Source: Clostridiales bacterium (GTDB lineage: Bacteria > Bacillota > Clostridia > Oscillospirales > CAG-272). From it: 64,000 bases of DNA. The notes below the pieces were generated by a model. It searched no databases, was not told the origin of the DNA, and saw only the letters and a program-made list of their open reading frames with translations. The stretch spans positions 66,287 to 130,286 of the forward strand of contig JAJQCT010000029.1 of NCBI GenBank assembly GCA_021202555.1, given 5' to 3'. Shown piece by piece: positions 9,327 to 20,709 of this stretch (position 1 is its first letter; each line of letters begins with the position of its first letter). The translations under genes and the position numbers were made by a program.

Positions 9327-9824
9327 GTGATGAAAAAGGTCGCTATTATCATGGGCAGTGACAGTGATTTGCCGGTGGTCGAAAAGACCGCTTTTATGCT
9401 CGACGAGCTTAAAATACCGTATGAAATGCACGTGTATTCGGCGCACAGGACGCCGGAACAGGTGCGTTCTTTTGCGTTATCGGCAAAAGATAACGGATTC
9501 GGCGTCATAATCGCCGCTGCGGGAATGTCCGCGGCGCTTGGCGGCTCGCTCGCCGCCTCGACGACGCTTCCCGTCATAGGAATACCGATAGGGGGCAAGC
9601 TTTCGGGAATGGATTCGCTTCTCTCGACGGTGATGATGCCGTCGGGGATTCCCGTTGCGGCAGTTGCTGTTGACGGGGCGAAAAATGCCGCTATTCTGGC
9701 GGCGGAAATACTCGCCGTTTACGACGACGATATAGCGGACAGGCTCACCGCCATGCGCGAGCACGACCGGGCGGCGGTGCTTTCAAAGGACGAGAAAATT
9801 TCGTCCGAATACAGCAGAGCGTAG
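9327..9824 (+). CDS. purE: 5-(carboxyamino)imidazole ribonucleotide mutase PurE
   Basis: GSDSDLPVV, SAHRTPE and IIAAAGMSAALGG motifs. Start is GTG 9327 or ATG 9330. Confidence 0.9.
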   Translation: MMKKVAIIMGSDSDLPVVEKTAFMLDELKIPYEMHVYSAHRTPEQVRSFALSAKDNGFGVIIAAAGMSAALGGSLAASTTLPVIGIPIGGKLSGMDSLLSTVMMPSGIPVAAVAVDGAKNAAILAAEILAVYDDDIADRLTAMREHDRAAVLSKDEKISSEYSRA

Positions 9825-9881
9825 CAGCAGCAAAACAAGGTTTTGCTATAAAAAATATTTTATGTAAGGGAGACTATCATC

Positions 9882-10607
9882 ATGCAGAAGCTTGAGGAGC
9901 TTTACGAGGGCAAGGCAAAAAAGGTTTACAAAACGGACGATGAAAATATGTACATCGTCTCCTACAAGGACGACGCGACCGCGTTCAACGGGCTGAAAAA
10001 GGGCACCATTTCGGGCAAGGGCGTCATAAACAACCGTATGTCGAATTATCTCATGCAGAAGCTTGAGGCGGACGCGGGAATACCTACGCATTACGTAAAG
10101 GAGCTTTCCGAGAGGGAGACGCTCGTTCGCCGCGTCGAAATCGTGCCGCTTGAGGTTATCGTGCGCAACATAGCGGCAGGCTCGTTTTCAAAGCGCTTCG
10201 GCGTCGCCGAGGGCACACCGCTTTTAATCCCGACAATCGAATTCTGCTACAAGAGCGACGAGCTTGGTGACCCCATGGTGAACGATTATCACATCATCGC
10301 CTGCGGCTGGTCAACTCGCGAGGAGCTTGACACTATAACGGACTACACCTTTAAGATAAATGATTACTTGAAGAAATTTTTCTCGGAGCGCGGAGTTCTG
10401 CTCGTCGATTTCAAAATCGAGTTCGGTCGTGACGCCGCAAGCGGCGGCAAGGTCATTCTCGCCGACGAAATTTCGCCCGACACCTGCCGCTTCTGGGACG
10501 CAAAAACTCATGAAAAGCTCGACAAAGACCGTTTCCGCCGCGAGATGGGAGGCGTCGAGGAGGCTTACGAGGAAATGATGCGCCGCGTATTCGGCGGCAA
10601 CGAATAA
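9882..10607 (+). CDS. purC: SAICAR synthase PurC
   Basis: 241 aa with LYEGKAKKVY, PLEVIVRNIAAGS and LADEISPDTCRFWD. Confidence 0.9.
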   Translation: MQKLEELYEGKAKKVYKTDDENMYIVSYKDDATAFNGLKKGTISGKGVINNRMSNYLMQKLEADAGIPTHYVKELSERETLVRRVEIVPLEVIVRNIAAGSFSKRFGVAEGTPLLIPTIEFCYKSDELGDPMVNDYHIIACGWSTREELDTITDYTFKINDYLKKFFSERGVLLVDFKIEFGRDAASGGKVILADEISPDTCRFWDAKTHEKLDKDRFRREMGGVEEAYEEMMRRVFGGNE

Positions 10608-10622
10608 TCAAGCGGAGATTTT

Positions 10623-12080
10623 ATGGGACACATACATGAGGAATGCGGCGTTTTCGGAATTTATACGAAGGAGCCGCGCGATGTCGCGACTGATGTGTAT
10701 TACGGTCTTTTCGCGCTTCAGCACAGGGGTCAGGAAAGCGCGGGAATCGTAGTCTGCGACGACGGAGTTTTCAGCGTATATAAGGACGTCGGTCTTGTAA
10801 ACGACGTCTTTGACGAAAAAGCGATGAAAATGCTCGGGCAGGGTACGATGGCTGTAGGTCACGTGCGCTACGGGACGACCGGAACGGACGGCAGGCTCAA
10901 CGCGCAGCCGATAGTAGTCAATCACATAAAGGGGCGCATGGCGCTCGCGCACAACGGAAATCTGACAAATTCCGCCGTTCTACGCGAAAAGCTTGAGCTT
11001 TCCGGAGATATATTCCACACGACGTCGGACACGGAGGTAATATCGTACATCACGACGGAAAAGCGGCTTGCCGCGCCGTCGGTTGAGGCGGCGATAAATC
11101 AGGCGATGTATGAGCTTGAGGGCGCGTATTCGCTCGTGTTCATGTCGCCGACAAAGCTTATAGCCGTGCGCGACCCGCACGGATTCCGCCCGCTCTGCTA
11201 CGGCTCGCTCCCCGGCGGGGAGGGATACGTCATCGCGTCCGAATCATGTGCGCTCGACGCGGTGGGCGCGAAATTTGAGCGCGATATACTTCCTGGCGAA
11301 ATTCTCGTATTTGACAAAAGCGGCATTCGCTCGATTCGGAATCACTGCGGTGAAGAGCCGCGTTCAATGTGCGTTTTTGAATACATTTATTTCGCGCGTC
11401 CCGACTCAAAAATCGACGGCTGCTCCGTTCACGAGGCGCGTATTCGCGCGGGACAATTTCTTGCAGAGGAGCATCCCGTTGACGCCGACGTCGTTATAGG
11501 CGTGCCCGATTCGGGGCTTGACGCGGCGCTCGGATATTCGATGAGGTCGGGAATCCCGTATAACATTGGATTCATCAAAAACAAATATATAGGCAGAACA
11601 TTTATAGCCCCGGGACAGTCCTCGCGCGAGGATCAGGTGAGAAAGAAGCTCAACCCCATAGCAAGCGTCGTCGAGGGCAAGCGCGTTGTGCTCGTCGATG
11701 ACTCAATCGTGCGAGGCACAACCTGCGCCCGAATCGTAAAGCTTCTGCGTGAGGCAGGTGCCGTCGAGGTTCATATGCGCGTCTCGGCGCCGCCGTTTAT
11801 AAATCCCTGCTATTACGGCACGGATATAGACTCGCACGAGCATCTTGTCGCGTACAGCCACACGATTGACGAAATCGCGAAAATAATCGATGTTGATTCG
11901 CTCGGATATATTTCCGTCGAGAATACGAAGAAAATTGCCGCGACAGAGGGCTGCACGGGCTTTTGCACCGCCTGCTTTGACGGAAAATACCCGACGGAGA
12001 CGCGGTATGCCTCAAAGAAAAACCGCTTTGAGGAAAAAATCTCCGCAAATCACTACGGAGGAGGAAGCAGCGAGCAATGA
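10623..12080 (+). CDS. purF: Amidophosphoribosyltransferase PurF
   Basis: [14 protein letters not shown] (Ntn cysteine after a short propeptide), [16 protein letters not shown] loop, and a C-terminal Cys cluster. Confidence 0.9.
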   Translation: MGHIHEECGVFGIYTKEPRDVATDVYYGLFALQHRGQESAGIVVCDDGVFSVYKDVGLVNDVFDEKAMKMLGQGTMAVGHVRYGTTGTDGRLNAQPIVVNHIKGRMALAHNGNLTNSAVLREKLELSGDIFHTTSDTEVISYITTEKRLAAPSVEAAINQAMYELEGAYSLVFMSPTKLIAVRDPHGFRPLCYGSLPGGEGYVIASESCALDAVGAKFERDILPGEILVFDKSGIRSIRNHCGEEPRSMCVFEYIYFARPDSKIDGCSVHEARIRAGQFLAEEHPVDADVVIGVPDSGLDAALGYSMRSGIPYNIGFIKNKYIGRTFIAPGQSSREDQVRKKLNPIASVVEGKRVVLVDDSIVRGTTCARIVKLLREAGAVEVHMRVSAPPFINPCYYGTDIDSHEHLVAYSHTIDEIAKIIDVDSLGYISVENTKKIAATEGCTGFCTACFDGKYPTETRYASKKNRFEEKISANHYGGGSSEQ

Positions 12081-13117
12081 ACGAAAACGAAAGCTTCAGC
12101 AAAGCATACGCCGAGGCGGGCGTCGATATAACGGCGGGCTACCGCGCGGTCGAGCTTATGAAATCTCATGTGGCGCGCACGAAGCGCGTCGGCGCTATTG
12201 ACGGAATAGGCGGATTCGGCGGTCTTTTCCGCCCAGACATCGCGAAAATGAAGGAACCGATACTTGTATCGGGCACGGACGGGGTCGGAACAAAATTAAA
12301 GCTTGCATTTCTGACGGACAGGCACGACACCGTGGGAATCGACTGTGTTGCGATGTGCGTGAACGACATAATCTGTTCGGGCGCGGAGCCTCTCTTTTTC
12401 CTCGATTACATTGCCTGCGGCAAAAACGTACCCGAAAAAATCGCCGCGATTGTCAGCGGCGTCGCCGACGGCTGCGTTTCGGCGGGATGCGCTCTTATCG
12501 GCGGGGAAACAGCCGAGCATCCGGGGCTTATGCCCGAGGATGAATACGATATTGCGGGCTTCGCGGTCGGCGTCGTAGACAGGGAAAAAATCATTGACAC
12601 GAGCGAAACCGAGGCGGGAGACATTATAATCGCGCTGCCCTCGTCGGGCGTTCACTCAAACGGTTTTTCGCTTATCCGAAGGATTTTCGTCGGAAAATAC
12701 GACCTTGAAAAGCCGCTTGACGAAAGCGAAATTCCGCTCGGCGAGCTTCTTCTGACGCCGACGAAAATCTACGTCAAGCCGATTCTGGCGCTCACCTCAA
12801 AGCTCCGCATACACGGTATTTCGCATATCACGGGCGGCGGATTTTATGAGAATATCCCGAGGGCGATTCCCGACGGGCTCGGCGCCGTAATCAAAAAATC
12901 CGACATCAGAACGCCTTACGTCTTTGATTTGATAAAAAAATACGGCGGCGTATCGGAGCACGATATGTACAACACCTACAACATGGGCGTCGGAATGTGC
13001 GTGACGGTAGGCAAAAACGACGCGGACGAGGCGCTTGCGATTCTTCGCGAGTGCGGCGAGGAACCGTATATAATCGGAAAAATCGAGGCGGGAAGCGCCA
13101 AAATCAGGCTTGTCTGA
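12077..13117 (+). CDS. purM: AIR synthase PurM
   Basis: [20 protein letters not shown] and GGETAEHPG motifs. 4-nt overlap with purF. Confidence 0.9.
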   Translation: MNENESFSKAYAEAGVDITAGYRAVELMKSHVARTKRVGAIDGIGGFGGLFRPDIAKMKEPILVSGTDGVGTKLKLAFLTDRHDTVGIDCVAMCVNDIICSGAEPLFFLDYIACGKNVPEKIAAIVSGVADGCVSAGCALIGGETAEHPGLMPEDEYDIAGFAVGVVDREKIIDTSETEAGDIIIALPSSGVHSNGFSLIRRIFVGKYDLEKPLDESEIPLGELLLTPTKIYVKPILALTSKLRIHGISHITGGGFYENIPRAIPDGLGAVIKKSDIRTPYVFDLIKKYGGVSEHDMYNTYNMGVGMCVTVGKNDADEALAILRECGEEPYIIGKIEAGSAKIRLV

Positions 13118-13132
13118 ACGCGGGCGGACGAT

Positions 13133-13756
13133 ATGGACGATATGAAAGAAAGAAAAATAAACGTCTCGGTGCTTGTTTCGGGCGGCGGAACGAATCTCGG
13201 GGCGATAATCGAACGTCAAAAAAGCGGCTTTATGCCACACGTAAATCCGGTAGCCGTAATATCGAGTAAGGCGGACGCATTCGCGCTCACGCGGGCAAAA
13301 AACGCGGGTATTCCCGCGTATACGGTAGTGCGCAAGGGTGCCTCCCGCGAGGATTTTGAAGCGGGAATCGAAAAGATTCTCGAGGTGACGAAAACAGAGC
13401 TTATTGTTCTGGCTGGATTTATGTGCATTCTCTCGGCGGATTTCACATCAAGGTGGGAAAATCGCATAATCAACGTCCACCCCTCGCTCATACCGTCATT
13501 CTGCGGCGAGGGATATTACGGACTTCGCGTACACGAGGCGGCGCTTGAGTACGGCGTCAAGGTGACGGGCGCAACTGTACATTTTGTAAATGAAATTCCC
13601 GACGGCGGGAAAATCATCGCACAGCGCGCGGTTTATGTAAAGGACGGCGACACGCCCGAAGCTCTTCAGCGGCGCGTCATGGAGGAGGCGGAATGGATAA
13701 TTCTGCCCGAAGCGGTCGAAAAGGTCGCGGCAGAGCTCGCGCGGGACGACGCATAA
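13133..13756 (+). CDS. purN: GAR formyltransferase PurN
   Basis: VLVSGGGTNLGAII, NVHPSLIPSFCG and GATVHFVNEIPDGG. Confidence 0.9.
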   Translation: MDDMKERKINVSVLVSGGGTNLGAIIERQKSGFMPHVNPVAVISSKADAFALTRAKNAGIPAYTVVRKGASREDFEAGIEKILEVTKTELIVLAGFMCILSADFTSRWENRIINVHPSLIPSFCGEGYYGLRVHEAALEYGVKVTGATVHFVNEIPDGGKIIAQRAVYVKDGDTPEALQRRVMEEAEWIILPEAVEKVAAELARDDA

Positions 13757-13778
13757 ATAAATTTTGGAGGAACGCATC

Positions 13779-14486
13779 ATGGAGACTGTAAAGTCTGTCA
13801 AAGAGGAAATCGGTTCAATTTCCTATGTTGGGCGCGGCATTGCGCTCGGAACGACACCGGATGAAACAAATAGCGTTATCGCCTATTTCATCATGGGAAG
13901 AAGCGAAAATTCGAGAAACAGGGTATTCGCGAGCGACGGCGGCGGCACGATATACACAAAGCCCTACGACGAATCGAAGGTTTCCGATCCCTCGCTCATA
14001 ATTTATAACGCGGTGCGTTCGGTCGGAGATACCACTGTCGTGACAAACGGGAATCAGACTGACACGATATGCCGCGAGATTATGAACGGAAACACGTTTG
14101 AGTCGGCGCTTTTAATGCGCGGATACGAGCCTGACGCGCCGAACTACACCCCGAGAATAAGCGGAATCGTACATATTGACGGCAATTACCGCTACAAGCT
14201 CTCGATTCTCAAGCGCTCATTCGGCGGCGGATGCGACAGATTCACATATGCGTATTCACCGACGCCCGGTATCGCTCATCTCATACATACATATAACGGC
14301 GACGGCTCGCCTCTGCCGTCGTTTTCGGGAGAGCCGAGAATGATAGCGGTGCCCGACGAAATTGACAAATTCGCAGACGAGCTGTGGGACGCGCTCAACG
14401 CTGACAACAAAATTTCGCTTTACGTGAGATATACGTCAATATCAAGCGGCGAATACAGAGACAAAATTATAAACAAATACAGATAA
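13779..14486 (+). CDS. IMP cyclohydrolase, PurO-like (stand-alone)
   Basis: SYVGRGIALGTTPDETNSVIAYFIMGRSENSRNRVF resembles the archaeal-type IMP cyclohydrolase that replaces the PurH N-domain in many Clostridia. ATG 13779 follows GGAGG; the track ORF opens at an upstream TTG. Confidence 0.8.
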   Translation: METVKSVKEEIGSISYVGRGIALGTTPDETNSVIAYFIMGRSENSRNRVFASDGGGTIYTKPYDESKVSDPSLIIYNAVRSVGDTTVVTNGNQTDTICREIMNGNTFESALLMRGYEPDAPNYTPRISGIVHIDGNYRYKLSILKRSFGGGCDRFTYAYSPTPGIAHLIHTYNGDGSPLPSFSGEPRMIAVPDEIDKFADELWDALNADNKISLYVRYTSISSGEYRDKIINKYR

Positions 14487-14500
14487 GGAGCGTGACTGTC

Positions 14501-15685
14501 ATGAACGAATTTTCTCTCAAATACGGATGTAATCCGAATCAGAAGCCCGCAAGGATTTATATGGAGGACGGCAGCGAGCTTCCAGTCGAGGTTCTGAACG
14601 GGCGACCGGGGTATATAAATTTCCTTGACGCACTCAATTCGTGGCAGCTTGTCCGCGAGCTTGCGGCGGCGACGGGAAATGTGGCGGCTGCGTCGTTCAA
14701 GCACGTCTCGCCCACCTCGGCTGCAATCGGAAAAAAGCTGTCGGACGCGCAGAAACGTGCGTTTTTCGTTGACGGGATTGATGGACTTGATTCATCTCCC
14801 GCCGCCTGCGCCTACGCGAGGGCGCGCGGAACTGACAGACAGTCCTCCTTCGGCGACTGGATTGCGCTTTCCGACGTGTGCGACGTTACAACGGCGAAAA
14901 TAATCAAGCACGAGGTTTCCGACGGTATCATCGCGCCCGCATACGAGCCTGAAGCGCTTGAAATTCTCAGGTCAAAGCGCAAGGGCGGCTACAACATCGT
15001 AAAAATCGACCCCACATACGAACCTGCCGAAATCGAGCGTAAGCAGGTGTTCGGAGTAACCTTCGAGCAGGGTCACAACAACATAAAAATCACGCGCGAA
15101 ATGCTCGAAAATATCGTAACGGAAAATAAAGATATTCCCGACTCAGCAAAAACAGATCTCATCGTCTCGCTTATAACGCTTAAATACACGCAGTCAAACT
15201 CGGTGGCGTTTGCTTACGACGGACAGGCGATAGGCGTAGGCGCGGGTCAGCAGTCGAGGATTCTCTGCACGCGGCTTGCGGCGGGAAAAGCTGATTTGTG
15301 GCATCTGCGCCAGAGCGAAAAGGTGCTTGCGCTTCCCTTCCTTGATACGACGGGAAAGCCCGAGCGCGACAACTGCATTGACGTTTATCTTTCGGACGAG
15401 CCGGAGGAGGTGACGGCGGAAGGCGAATGGCAGAAATTCTTCCGTTATCGCCCCGAGGTGATGACGGCTGATGAAAAGCGCGAATATCTTGACAAAATCA
15501 CAGGCGTTTCCGTCGGCTCCGACGCATTTTTCCCGTTCGGCGACAACATCGAGCGCGCAAGAAAGAGCGGAGTTTCATACGTCGCAGAGCCGGGAGGCTC
15601 CGTGCGAGACGACGAGGTAATCGCCGCGTGCAACAAATACGGAATCGCAATGTGCTTCACCGGCACACGTCTTTTCCATCACTGA
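14501..15685 (+). CDS. purH: AICAR transformylase (PurH C-terminal domain only)
   Basis: LKYGCNPNQ, SFKHVSPTSAA, GAGQQSRILCTRLA and GSDAFFPFGDNIERA...YVAEPGGSVRDDEVI. No IMPCH/MGS domain. ATG 14501 lies 10 nt after AAGGAG. Confidence 0.85.
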   Translation: MNEFSLKYGCNPNQKPARIYMEDGSELPVEVLNGRPGYINFLDALNSWQLVRELAAATGNVAAASFKHVSPTSAAIGKKLSDAQKRAFFVDGIDGLDSSPAACAYARARGTDRQSSFGDWIALSDVCDVTTAKIIKHEVSDGIIAPAYEPEALEILRSKRKGGYNIVKIDPTYEPAEIERKQVFGVTFEQGHNNIKITREMLENIVTENKDIPDSAKTDLIVSLITLKYTQSNSVAFAYDGQAIGVGAGQQSRILCTRLAAGKADLWHLRQSEKVLALPFLDTTGKPERDNCIDVYLSDEPEEVTAEGEWQKFFRYRPEVMTADEKREYLDKITGVSVGSDAFFPFGDNIERARKSGVSYVAEPGGSVRDDEVIAACNKYGIAMCFTGTRLFHH

Positions 15686-15712
15686 TAAATCATTCCTTTG
15701 GGGGATAATGAC

Positions 15713-16981
15713 ATGAAAATACTCGTTGTCGGCGGCGGCGGTCGCGAACACGCCATAATAAAAAAGCTTAAGGAAAGCCCCAAGGCTGACGTAATATACT
15801 GTCTGCCGGGCAACGGCGGCATCGAGAGCGATGCCGTGTGCGTTCCGATAAAGGCGACGGACATAGACGGAATAGTTCGCTTCGCTGTCGAAAAGGAAAT
15901 CGATTTTGCCGTCGTCGCACCCGACGATCCGCTCGTTTTAGGCTGCGTTGACAGACTTAACGAGGCGGGAATCAAGTGCTTCGGTCCCACCTCCCGCGCG
16001 GCTATAATCGAGGGGAGCAAGGTGTTTTCAAAGGATTTAATGAAAAAATACGGTATCCCCACGGCGAAATACGAGACGTTCGACAGCTTTGAGGAGGCTC
16101 TCGAATACACAAAAACAGCGCCGCTGCCGACTGTTATAAAGGCGGACGGGCTTGCGCTCGGAAAGGGCGTAATCATAGCCGAAACGCGCGACGAGGCTGA
16201 GGCGGCGCTCTCCTCAATGATGATAGACGGCAAATTCGGCAAAAGCGGTTCGCGCGTCGTAATCGAGGAATACCTGACGGGACCCGAGGTATCAGTGCTT
16301 TCGTTCACTGACGGGAAAACAGTCGTGCCGATGGTGTCATCTATGGACCACAAGCGCGCGCACGACGGGGACGAGGGACTCAACACCGGCGGCATGGGAA
16401 CCGTCGCACCGAATCCTTACTATACGGAGGAAACGGCGCGCGAGTGCATGGAGAAAATCTTTTTGCCGACGATAAAGGCGATGAACGCGGAGGGACGCGA
16501 ATTTCGCGGCTGCCTTTATTTCGGGCTTATGCTCACAAACGCGGGACCCCGCGTCATCGAATACAACTGCCGCTTCGGCGATCCCGAAACGCAGGTTGTG
16601 CTTCCGCTGCTCAAATCCGATCTGCTCGATATAATGCTCGCCGTCGCCGACGGGAGACTGTCGGAAACAGAGGTGGAATTTGAAAGCGCATATTCCTGCT
16701 GCGTCGTCAAGGCGTCGTCGGGCTATCCCGAAAAATACGAGACGGGATTTGAGATTCATCAAAACGGTGAAATATCCGGCGAGGTTTTCTTTGCGGGCGC
16801 GAAGAAAACGGAGGACGGGCGTCTTCTTACATCGGGAGGACGTGTTCTCGGCGTTGTCGCGAAGGGCAAAACGCTTAAGGAAGCGATTGAGCGGGCTTAC
16901 GCGGACGCGGAAAAAATAACATTTGAAAACGAGTACATGAGACGCGACATCGGTGCGCGTGCTCTGTCGGCGGGGGCTTAA
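15713..16981 (+). CDS. purD: GAR synthetase PurD
   Basis: MKILVVGGGGREHAI with an ATP-grasp core. The track ORF opens at TTG 15698; ATG 15713 is more likely. Confidence 0.9.
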   Translation: MKILVVGGGGREHAIIKKLKESPKADVIYCLPGNGGIESDAVCVPIKATDIDGIVRFAVEKEIDFAVVAPDDPLVLGCVDRLNEAGIKCFGPTSRAAIIEGSKVFSKDLMKKYGIPTAKYETFDSFEEALEYTKTAPLPTVIKADGLALGKGVIIAETRDEAEAALSSMMIDGKFGKSGSRVVIEEYLTGPEVSVLSFTDGKTVVPMVSSMDHKRAHDGDEGLNTGGMGTVAPNPYYTEETARECMEKIFLPTIKAMNAEGREFRGCLYFGLMLTNAGPRVIEYNCRFGDPETQVVLPLLKSDLLDIMLAVADGRLSETEVEFESAYSCCVVKASSGYPEKYETGFEIHQNGEISGEVFFAGAKKTEDGRLLTSGGRVLGVVAKGKTLKEAIERAYADAEKITFENEYMRRDIGARALSAGA

Positions 16982-19900
16982 ATGGTATACAGAATTTACG
17001 TTGAAAAGAAAGAGGACGAGGCGCTCGAGGCAAAATCATTGCTTGCGGACATATCCGACACGCTCGGGATTTCCGGCGTCGAAAAGGTACACGTTGTCAA
17101 CCGGTACGACGCCGAGAACATAGAAAGGGACACCTTCGAGTCCGCCGTCGGCACGGTATTTTCGGAGCCGCTCATCGACCGCATATACAGGCACTATCCT
17201 TACGGCAGTCTTGCGGGATTTGCGTCCGAGTATCTGCCGGGGCAGTTCGATATGCGCGCGGATTCCGCCTCACAGTGCATACAGCTTTTGTCTCAGGGCA
17301 GCCGCCCCGACGTAAAAAGCGCGAAAATTTACGCATTTGAGGGAAATCTTTCGCAAAGCGATCTTCTCAGAATAAAGCGCTACATAATCAACCCCGTTGA
17401 ATGCCGCGAGGCTGATATGAGCGACATCCCGCCCGAAACCATATCGATAACTCATCCGACGCCAGACGACGTTCCCGTGCTTTTCGGATTTTCGGCGCTT
17501 GACGAGGCGTCGGCGGATGATTTTATCGCGAAATACGGACTTGCGATGGACAGAGCCGACCTTCTTTTCTGCCGCGACTATTTCCGCGGCGAGGGACGGG
17601 AGCCGACGCTCACCGAGGTTCGCATGATAGACACATACTGGTCGGATCACTGCCGCCACACGACTTTTCTCACGGAAATCGACGGTGTTTCTATAAGCGA
17701 CCCGACGATCAAGGAAACATACGAGGAATATTTGTCAATTCGCCACGAGCTTGGACGCGAAAAGAAGCCCGTCACGCTTATGGATATAGGCACGATTGCG
17801 GCAAAATATCTTTCGTCGAAGGGAATGCTCGAAAAGCTCGACGTTTCCGAGGAAATAAACGCCTGCACGGTCAGAATCAAGGTCAATCACGACGGAAATG
17901 ACGAGGACTGGCTGCTTCTTTTCAAAAATGAGACGCACAATCACCCGACGGAAATCGAGCCCTTCGGAGGTGCGGCAACCTGCATCGGCGGCGCGATACG
18001 CGATCCTTTATCCGGGCGCGCCTACGTTTATTCGGCTATGAGAATCACGGGTGCGTCCGACCCGACGCGCCCTATATCAGAAACTCTCGAGGGCAAGCTC
18101 CCGCAGCGCAAGCTGACGGTAACTGCCGCCGAGGGATATTCGTCATACGGAAATCAGATAGGTCTTGCAACCGGTATGGTTGACGAGGTATATCACGACG
18201 GCTACGTCGCAAAGCGAATGGAAATAGGCGCAGTCATTGGCGCGGTTCCTGCCGAAAACGTGCGCCGCGAGCGCCCCGACGCGGGAGATATTGTGATTCT
18301 TCTCGGCGGAAAAACGGGTCGCGACGGCTGCGGCGGCGCGACAGGCTCGTCAAAATCGCATACGACCGCTTCCCTTTCGGTATGCGGCGCGGAGGTGCAG
18401 AAGGGCAACGCGCCCGAGGAGCGCAAGCTTCAGAGGCTCTTCAGAAACAAGGATGCCGAGGCTATGATAAAGCGCTGCAACGATTTCGGCGCGGGCGGCG
18501 TTTCCGTCGCCGTCGGCGAGCTTGCGGACGGACTTAAAATAAATCTCGACCTCGTGCCGAAAAAATACGAGGGACTGACGGGTACTGAGCTTGCGATTTC
18601 CGAATCGCAGGAGCGAATGGCTGTCGTCGTTGAGGCAAAGGACGCGGCGGCTTTCATCGCTATCGCCGAGAGCGAAAATCTTGAGGCGACGGCAATTGCC
18701 GAGGTTACGTCGGAGCCGAGGCTCGTCATGACGTGGCGCGGAAAGGAAATCGTAAACGTCGGACGCGAATTTTTAAATTCAAACGGCGCGCCGAAGCATA
18801 TAACAGTAAACGCGGCGTCGGGGGCATCATGGCAAAGGGAAATCCCGTGCGGCAGCTTTTCCGAGGCGATGACGTCGCTTTCGGGAAATCTGAACATCTG
18901 CTCAAAGCGCGGTCTTGCGGAGCGCTTCGATTCCACAATCGGCGCGGGAACGGTGCTAATGCCGTTCGGCGGAAAATATCAGCTCACCACGCCGCAGGCG
19001 ATGGTAAACCTGATTCCGACGGAGCATGGTCACACCGACACCTGCTCGTTCATGTCATGGGGCTTCAACCCCGAAATATGCGAGAGAAGTCCTTATCACG
19101 GCGCGTATCTTTCCGTGTTTGAGTCAGTTGCCAAGCTTATTGCGGCAGGCGCCGAATTTTCGGACGTTTATCTCACGTTCCAGGAATATTTTGAAAAACC
19201 GAATCAGGATCCCGACCGCTGGGGAAAGCCGTTTTCGGCGCTTCTCGGCGCGCTGCGCGCGCAGTGCGCGCTCGGCGTCGCCGCTGTCGGCGGCAAGGAT
19301 TCGATGAGCGGCAGCTTTGAAAATCTCGACGTGCCGCCGACGCTCGTCTCCTTCGCCGTAACGACGGGGCGTGCCGCCGACGCGAAATCGCCCGAATTCA
19401 AGGCGGCGGGTCACGATATTGTCATGCTCACCCCCGAATATGGCGAGGACGGGCTGCCGACAGCCGAATCGTTCATAAAAACGGCGAATGCCGTCACCTC
19501 CCTTCTGAGGAGCGGAAAAGCCGTTTCCGCATGGTCGCTCGGCGCGGGAGGCGTCGCCGAGGGAATTATGAAAATGTCCTTCGGAAACAAAATCGGCGCG
19601 GAAATATCACCCGAGCTGAAAGATGACGCGCTTTTCGGATACCGTTACGGCAGCTTTTTGCTTGAAATTGATAGAAATTGCGATATTTCAGACGCCGTAT
19701 ATATCGGAAAAACAAGTGATGGCGGCAAAATATCGCGCGGAGATGAGAGTGTCGCGATTGACGCGCTGCTTTCCGTGTATGAGGGGCGCCTTGAGAGCGT
19801 ATTCCCGTGCAATATAAAGCAAAAGCCGCGTGAAATCCCCGCATTTTCATATACCGAACGCTCAAGCGTTACGCCCGCGAGTGTCTGCGCGAAGCCGCGC

Positions 19901-20686
19901 GTGCTTATTCCCGTATTCCCCGGCACAAACTGCGAATATGACACGGCTAAAGCGATGGAGGACGCGGGCGCGGAGCCGCACATTTTCATCGTGAATAACC
20001 TCTCGAAATCAAAGGTTGAGGAATCCGTCAGGGCGTTCGCGAAGCTCGCGCGGGAATCCGAGATAATCTTCATCCCGGGAGGCTTTTCGGGCGGCGACGA
20101 GCCTGACGGGTCAGGCAAATTCATAACCGCATTCTTCCGTGCCGGCGAGGTATCGGAGGCTGTCAACGACCTTTTAACGGTGCGGCGCGGGCTTATGTGC
20201 GGCATCTGCAACGGATTTCAGGCGCTCATAAAGCTTGGACTTGTCCCATACGGCGAAATCGTCGATTTCACGCCTGAATATACTCTCACATACAACACGA
20301 TAGGACGTCACCAGTCGCGCCTTGTGCGCACAAGGGTCGCATCCGTCAAATCACCTTGGATGTCGCGCGTGAACGTGGGTGATGTCATCACTGTGCCGAT
20401 TTCACACGGCGAGGGCAGATTTTACGCATCCGACGAGCTTATCGAAAAGCTCTCCGCGTCGGGTCAGATAGCGACACAGTACGTCGGGACAGACGGCTTG
20501 CCGTCGTCGGATATAAGCATCTGCCCGAACGATTCGGCGTTCGCGGTAGAGGGAATAACGTCCCCCGACGGCAGAGTTCTCGGCAAAATGGGGCATTCGG
20601 AGCGCACGGGACGCGGGCTTTACAAAAACGTCGAGGGCAATTACGACATGGGTCTTTTCGCCTCGGCGGTCGAATACTTTAAGTAA
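16982..20686 (+). CDS. purL: FGAM synthase, single-chain PurL (synthetase plus glutaminase domains)
   Basis: 1234 aa. The C-terminal GATase has [12 protein letters not shown] and PISHGEGRF. Two PurM-like repeats lie in the middle. Confidence 0.9.
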   Translation: MVYRIYVEKKEDEALEAKSLLADISDTLGISGVEKVHVVNRYDAENIERDTFESAVGTVFSEPLIDRIYRHYPYGSLAGFASEYLPGQFDMRADSASQCIQLLSQGSRPDVKSAKIYAFEGNLSQSDLLRIKRYIINPVECREADMSDIPPETISITHPTPDDVPVLFGFSALDEASADDFIAKYGLAMDRADLLFCRDYFRGEGREPTLTEVRMIDTYWSDHCRHTTFLTEIDGVSISDPTIKETYEEYLSIRHELGREKKPVTLMDIGTIAAKYLSSKGMLEKLDVSEEINACTVRIKVNHDGNDEDWLLLFKNETHNHPTEIEPFGGAATCIGGAIRDPLSGRAYVYSAMRITGASDPTRPISETLEGKLPQRKLTVTAAEGYSSYGNQIGLATGMVDEVYHDGYVAKRMEIGAVIGAVPAENVRRERPDAGDIVILLGGKTGRDGCGGATGSSKSHTTASLSVCGAEVQKGNAPEERKLQRLFRNKDAEAMIKRCNDFGAGGVSVAVGELADGLKINLDLVPKKYEGLTGTELAISESQERMAVVVEAKDAAAFIAIAESENLEATAIAEVTSEPRLVMTWRGKEIVNVGREFLNSNGAPKHITVNAASGASWQREIPCGSFSEAMTSLSGNLNICSKRGLAERFDSTIGAGTVLMPFGGKYQLTTPQAMVNLIPTEHGHTDTCSFMSWGFNPEICERSPYHGAYLSVFESVAKLIAAGAEFSDVYLTFQEYFEKPNQDPDRWGKPFSALLGALRAQCALGVAAVGGKDSMSGSFENLDVPPTLVSFAVTTGRAADAKSPEFKAAGHDIVMLTPEYGEDGLPTAESFIKTANAVTSLLRSGKAVSAWSLGAGGVAEGIMKMSFGNKIGAEISPELKDDALFGYRYGSFLLEIDRNCDISDAVYIGKTSDGGKISRGDESVAIDALLSVYEGRLESVFPCNIKQKPREIPAFSYTERSSVTPASVCAKPRVLIPVFPGTNCEYDTAKAMEDAGAEPHIFIVNNLSKSKVEESVRAFAKLARESEIIFIPGGFSGGDEPDGSGKFITAFFRAGEVSEAVNDLLTVRRGLMCGICNGFQALIKLGLVPYGEIVDFTPEYTLTYNTIGRHQSRLVRTRVASVKSPWMSRVNVGDVITVPISHGEGRFYASDELIEKLSASGQIATQYVGTDGLPSSDISICPNDSAFAVEGITSPDGRVLGKMGHSERTGRGLYKNVEGNYDMGLFASAVEYFK

Positions 20687-20709
20687 ATCATTCTTTGGGG
20701 GAAGCTTTT

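Noticed and set aside
9201-9329. A purine (guanine/adenine) or ZTP riboswitch upstream of purE.
   Set aside because: The conserved junction and loop sequences I remember for these classes are absent. Only generic GC-rich hairpins are present. Confirmation needs cmscan.
15679-16395. A 238-aa antisense ORF opposite purD. Similar long shadow ORFs occur at 28076-28876, 44503-45315, 6169-7035, 7032-8000, 32371-33078, 54413-55084, 61594-62349, 21420-22049, 19645-20211, 2736-3542, 8072-8917, 45997-46740 and 56111-56688.
   Set aside because: Each lies opposite, or out of frame with, a gene that has strong family motifs. Their translations are Arg/Ser/Pro-rich low-complexity sequences typical of shadow frames in GC-rich coding DNA.
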